Positions 60,998 to 64,000 of a DNA stretch of 64,000 bases are shown here, piece after piece. Source of the stretch: Squalus acanthias (lineage: Eukaryota); NCBI GenBank assembly GCA_030390025.1, contig CM059432.1:83330001-83394000 (forward strand). The letters are read 5' to 3'. Within the stretch, counting starts at the first letter, position 1, and every line of letters starts with the position of its first letter. The notes beneath the pieces were generated by a model. The model had not been told where the DNA came from. It did not search any database and saw nothing but the letters and a program-made list of their open reading frames with translations. A program made the position numbers and the translations under genes.

Positions 60998-63900
60998 GGG
61001 GGAGAAATTCGGTTGGTTTGCGCCTCCCATTAGGCCTCCGGTTTGCGGTGGTGCTAACCACTACCGCCACGATCTCCTGCGCTCGGAGATCGTGATGTCA
61101 TCCAGCCGCTCATCGCCCCGGTAGCGCCCCGGACCGGAAATTCATTTTCGCCTCCTGTCTCTGCGCCTGCTGTTAGGAACGACAGGTAGAGGAGGCGGTT
61201 TGCAGTCGGCTGGGAGCTGCAGGAGCGCTATTTAAAGGCGTGCACTTCCTGTTTTTTTTGTCGGCAAACAATGCTGCCTTGTCACTTTGACAGAAGCAGA
61301 CAGGCGTTTTGACCCATTTGAGGTTTTCCTACTTGAAGGAGTTTTGCTCCTGACAAAAAGTTATCAGCTTCATTTGTCTTACTTTTGATATTGCAACATT
61401 TCCAACACTTAATGGGGGCTGTACTGGCACGGGACCTCACCCTCCAGCTTCACCGTCGGAGGCAGCGGAGGCAGAGAGAAAGATTGGAAAACGTAGCCAG
61501 AGGGAGGAGTTCCAAAAGGGCTCTCAACAGGAGAACTTACCCTCCCAGGGTATTCCGAGAGCAGTTCTCCTACATTCATCTGTCAGAGGAGCAGTGCCTT
61601 AGATTCTGCCAAGACCACTCGGCTCCCGACCTCATTACAGACTTGGTCCAAACATGGACAAAGGAGCTGAATTCCAGAGGTGAGGTGAGAGTGACTGCCC
61701 TTGACATCAAGGCAGCATTTGACCGAGTCTGGCATCAAGGAGCTCGAGTAAAATTGAAGTCAATGGGAATCGGGGGGAAAACTCTCCACTGGCTGGAGTC
61801 ATACCTAACACAAAGGAAGATGGTTGTGGTGATTGAAGGTCAATCATCACAGCCCCAGGACATTGCTGCAGGAATTCCTCAGGGCAGTGCCCTAGGCCCA
61901 ACCATCTTCAGCTGCTTCATCAATGACCTTCCCTCCATCATATGGTCAGAAGTGGGGATGTTCACTGATGATTGCACAGTGTTCAGTTCCATTCACAACT
62001 CCTCAGATAATGAAGCAGTCCATGCCTGCATGCAACAAGACCTGGACGACGTTCAGGCCTGGGTTGATAAGTGGCAGGTAACATTCGTGTTACATAAGTG
62101 CCAGGCAATGACTATCTCCAACAAGCGAGAGTCAAATCACCGCCTCTTGACATTCAACGGCATTACCATCGCTGAATCCCCCACCATCAACATCCTGGGG
62201 GTCACCATTGACCAGAAACTTAACTGGACCAGCCACATAAATACTGTGACAACAAGAGCAGGTCAGAGGCTAGATATTCTGTGGCGAGTGTCTCACCTCC
62301 TGACTCCCCAAAGCCTTTCCACCATATACAAGGCACAAGTCAGGAGTGTGATGGAATACTCTCCACTTGCCTGGATAAGTGCAGCTCCAACAACACTCAA
62401 GAAGCTCGACACCATCCAGGACAAAGCAGCCTGCTTGATGTGCATCCCATCCATCACCTCAAACATTCACTCCCTCCACCACCGGCGCACTATGGCTGCA
62501 GTGTGTATCATCTACAAATGCACTGCAGCAACTCGCCAAGGCTTCTTCGGCAGCACCTCCCAAACCCGCGACCTCTTCCACCTAGAAGGACAAGGGCAGC
62601 AGGCACATTGGGAATACCACCACCTCCAAGTTCCCCTCCAAGTCACTCACCATCCTGACTTGGAAGTATATCGCCGATCCTTCATCATCGCTGGGTCAAA
62701 ATCCTGGAACTCCCTACCTAACAGCACTGTGGGAGTACCTTCACCACACGGACTGCAGCGCTTCAAGAAGGCGGCTCACCACCTCCTTCTCGAGGGCAAT
62801 TAGGGATGGGCAATAAATGCTGGCTTTGCCAGCGACGCCCACATCCCATGAATGAATTTTATAAAAGGCCCCGCTTCAGTAAGGAGGTAGTCACAGAGCT
62901 CTGCCACCTCCTGCAGCCAGAGCTCCAGCCTCAGCTCAGGACCAGGACGTCTCAGTGGCAATGAAGGTCACAGTCACTCTCAATTTCTACGCCAGTGGCT
63001 CCTTCCAAGCTTCAACAGGGGATATTGCAAGCATTTCACAGTTCGCCGTCCATTGCTGCATCCTGGAGTTGACAGATGCACTGTACAGAAGGAGAAGGGA
63101 GTACATCTCATTCCTCATGACCAGAGACAAACAGCATGAACGCTCATGTGGCCTCGCAAGGATAGCGGGCTTCCCCATGGTTCAGGGCGCCATTGACTGC
63201 ACCCACGTGGCATTGCGGGCACCTCATCACAATGCAGAGGTGTTCCACAACCACAAAGGCTATCACTCTCTGAATGTGCAGCTGTTGTGCGACCATAGAC
63301 AGCGCATCCTCTCCGTCAATGCCCGCTATCCTGGCAGCAGCCACGATGCATTCATCCTGCGATAGACTGGTGTCCCAGCACTGTTCCTCCCACCACATGG
63401 AACTTGCGGCTGGCTGCTCAGAGACAAGAGTTATCCTCTCGCCACCTGGCTGATGACACCCCTCCGCAACCCCAACACTCCTGCTCAGCACGCATAAAAT
63501 GAGAGCCATAGCGCCACCAGGAACATGATCGAACAGACTATCACCATGTTAAAGCAACGGTTCCACTGTCTTGACTGCTCTGGAGGAGCTCTGCAGTACT
63601 CCCCTGATCGAGTCTTCGTTTTCGTTGTTGTGTGCTGTGTGCTGCATAACCTGGCTATTGCCACCAGGGATTGCAGGTCCACCTCAGGAGGAGGAAGAGG
63701 GACAGGAGGAGGAGGAGGCGGAGGATGAGGATAAAGAGGAGGAGGAGCCGCACCAACATAGGAGGGAGCCGCTCAATGTTGCTTCTTCAAGGGCTGTTTG
63801 TGAATGCCTCATTACACAGCGCTTCTAATAAATGAGATAGCACAAGGCATTTGCACAGAACAACCACATCATTACAGCCAGCTCGCAGCCCCTATGACCA

Positions 63901-64000
63901 GGCAAAGCTCAAATGAGAAACATCACAAAATTTGCTCCATCGAAATAAACATTTATTATTCTGCACAACTTTATCTTATCAAACACAACCAATAATAAAC
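60998..64000 (+). mobile_element. Harbinger copy 3 (related subfamily), LINE-interrupted, continues beyond the window
   Basis: Left TIR GGGGGAGAAATTCGG. Transposase pieces at 61412-61603 and 62866-63828 (GAIDCTH, HSLNVQLLCDH) carry stops and frameshifts. Confidence 0.9.
61604..62865 (+). mobile_element. 5'-truncated LINE family A inserted in the Harbinger 3 transposase
   Basis: Transposase ...GAGCAGTGCCTTAGA | TTCTGCCAAGACCACTC (LINE) ... CCCATGAATGAATTTTATAAA | AGGCCCCGCTTCAGTAAGGAG (transposase resumes). Confidence 0.92.

Noticed and set aside
41480..64000. XKR9 coding exon 2 (and LACTB2 exon 4 in 1-6900)
   Set aside because: Looked by eye for the expected motifs (DLSMLRLFE-like; TPGHTDDH-like) and did not find them. 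They presumably lie outside the window.

Overview
Repeat-dense vertebrate genomic DNA. The TE repertoire (CR1, L2, DeuSINE, Penelope, Harbinger) suggests a cartilaginous fish; this is an inference. Two host genes lie head to head, as in other vertebrates: LACTB2 (minus strand; coding exons 1-3 at 18876-18755, 10439-10276 and 7029-6903, the rest lies left of the window) and an XK-related scramblase, XKR9 by synteny (plus strand; first coding exon 41157-41479). The dominant accessory system is a PIF/Harbinger DNA-transposon family. It includes two full-length ~4.2 kb elements (32426-36617, 51013-55175) with TIRs, ATA TSDs, a DDE transposase and a convergent three-exon Myb/SANT partner gene. There is also a third copy interrupted by a LINE (60998 to window end), older remnants, and several ~0.7 kb non-autonomous MITEs with compensatory hairpins and conserved splice-signal cassettes. 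Other unusual observations: a 23 x 62 bp minisatellite that appears to be a tandem expansion of the 3' splice site directly in front of the LACTB2 start codon; an in-frame Harbinger-transposase/LINE-RT chimeric ORF; minimal hammerhead ribozyme motifs in Penelope fragments; and solo LTRs, one hosting a Harbinger. All coordinates were read by eye, and boundaries of degenerate repeats are approximate.
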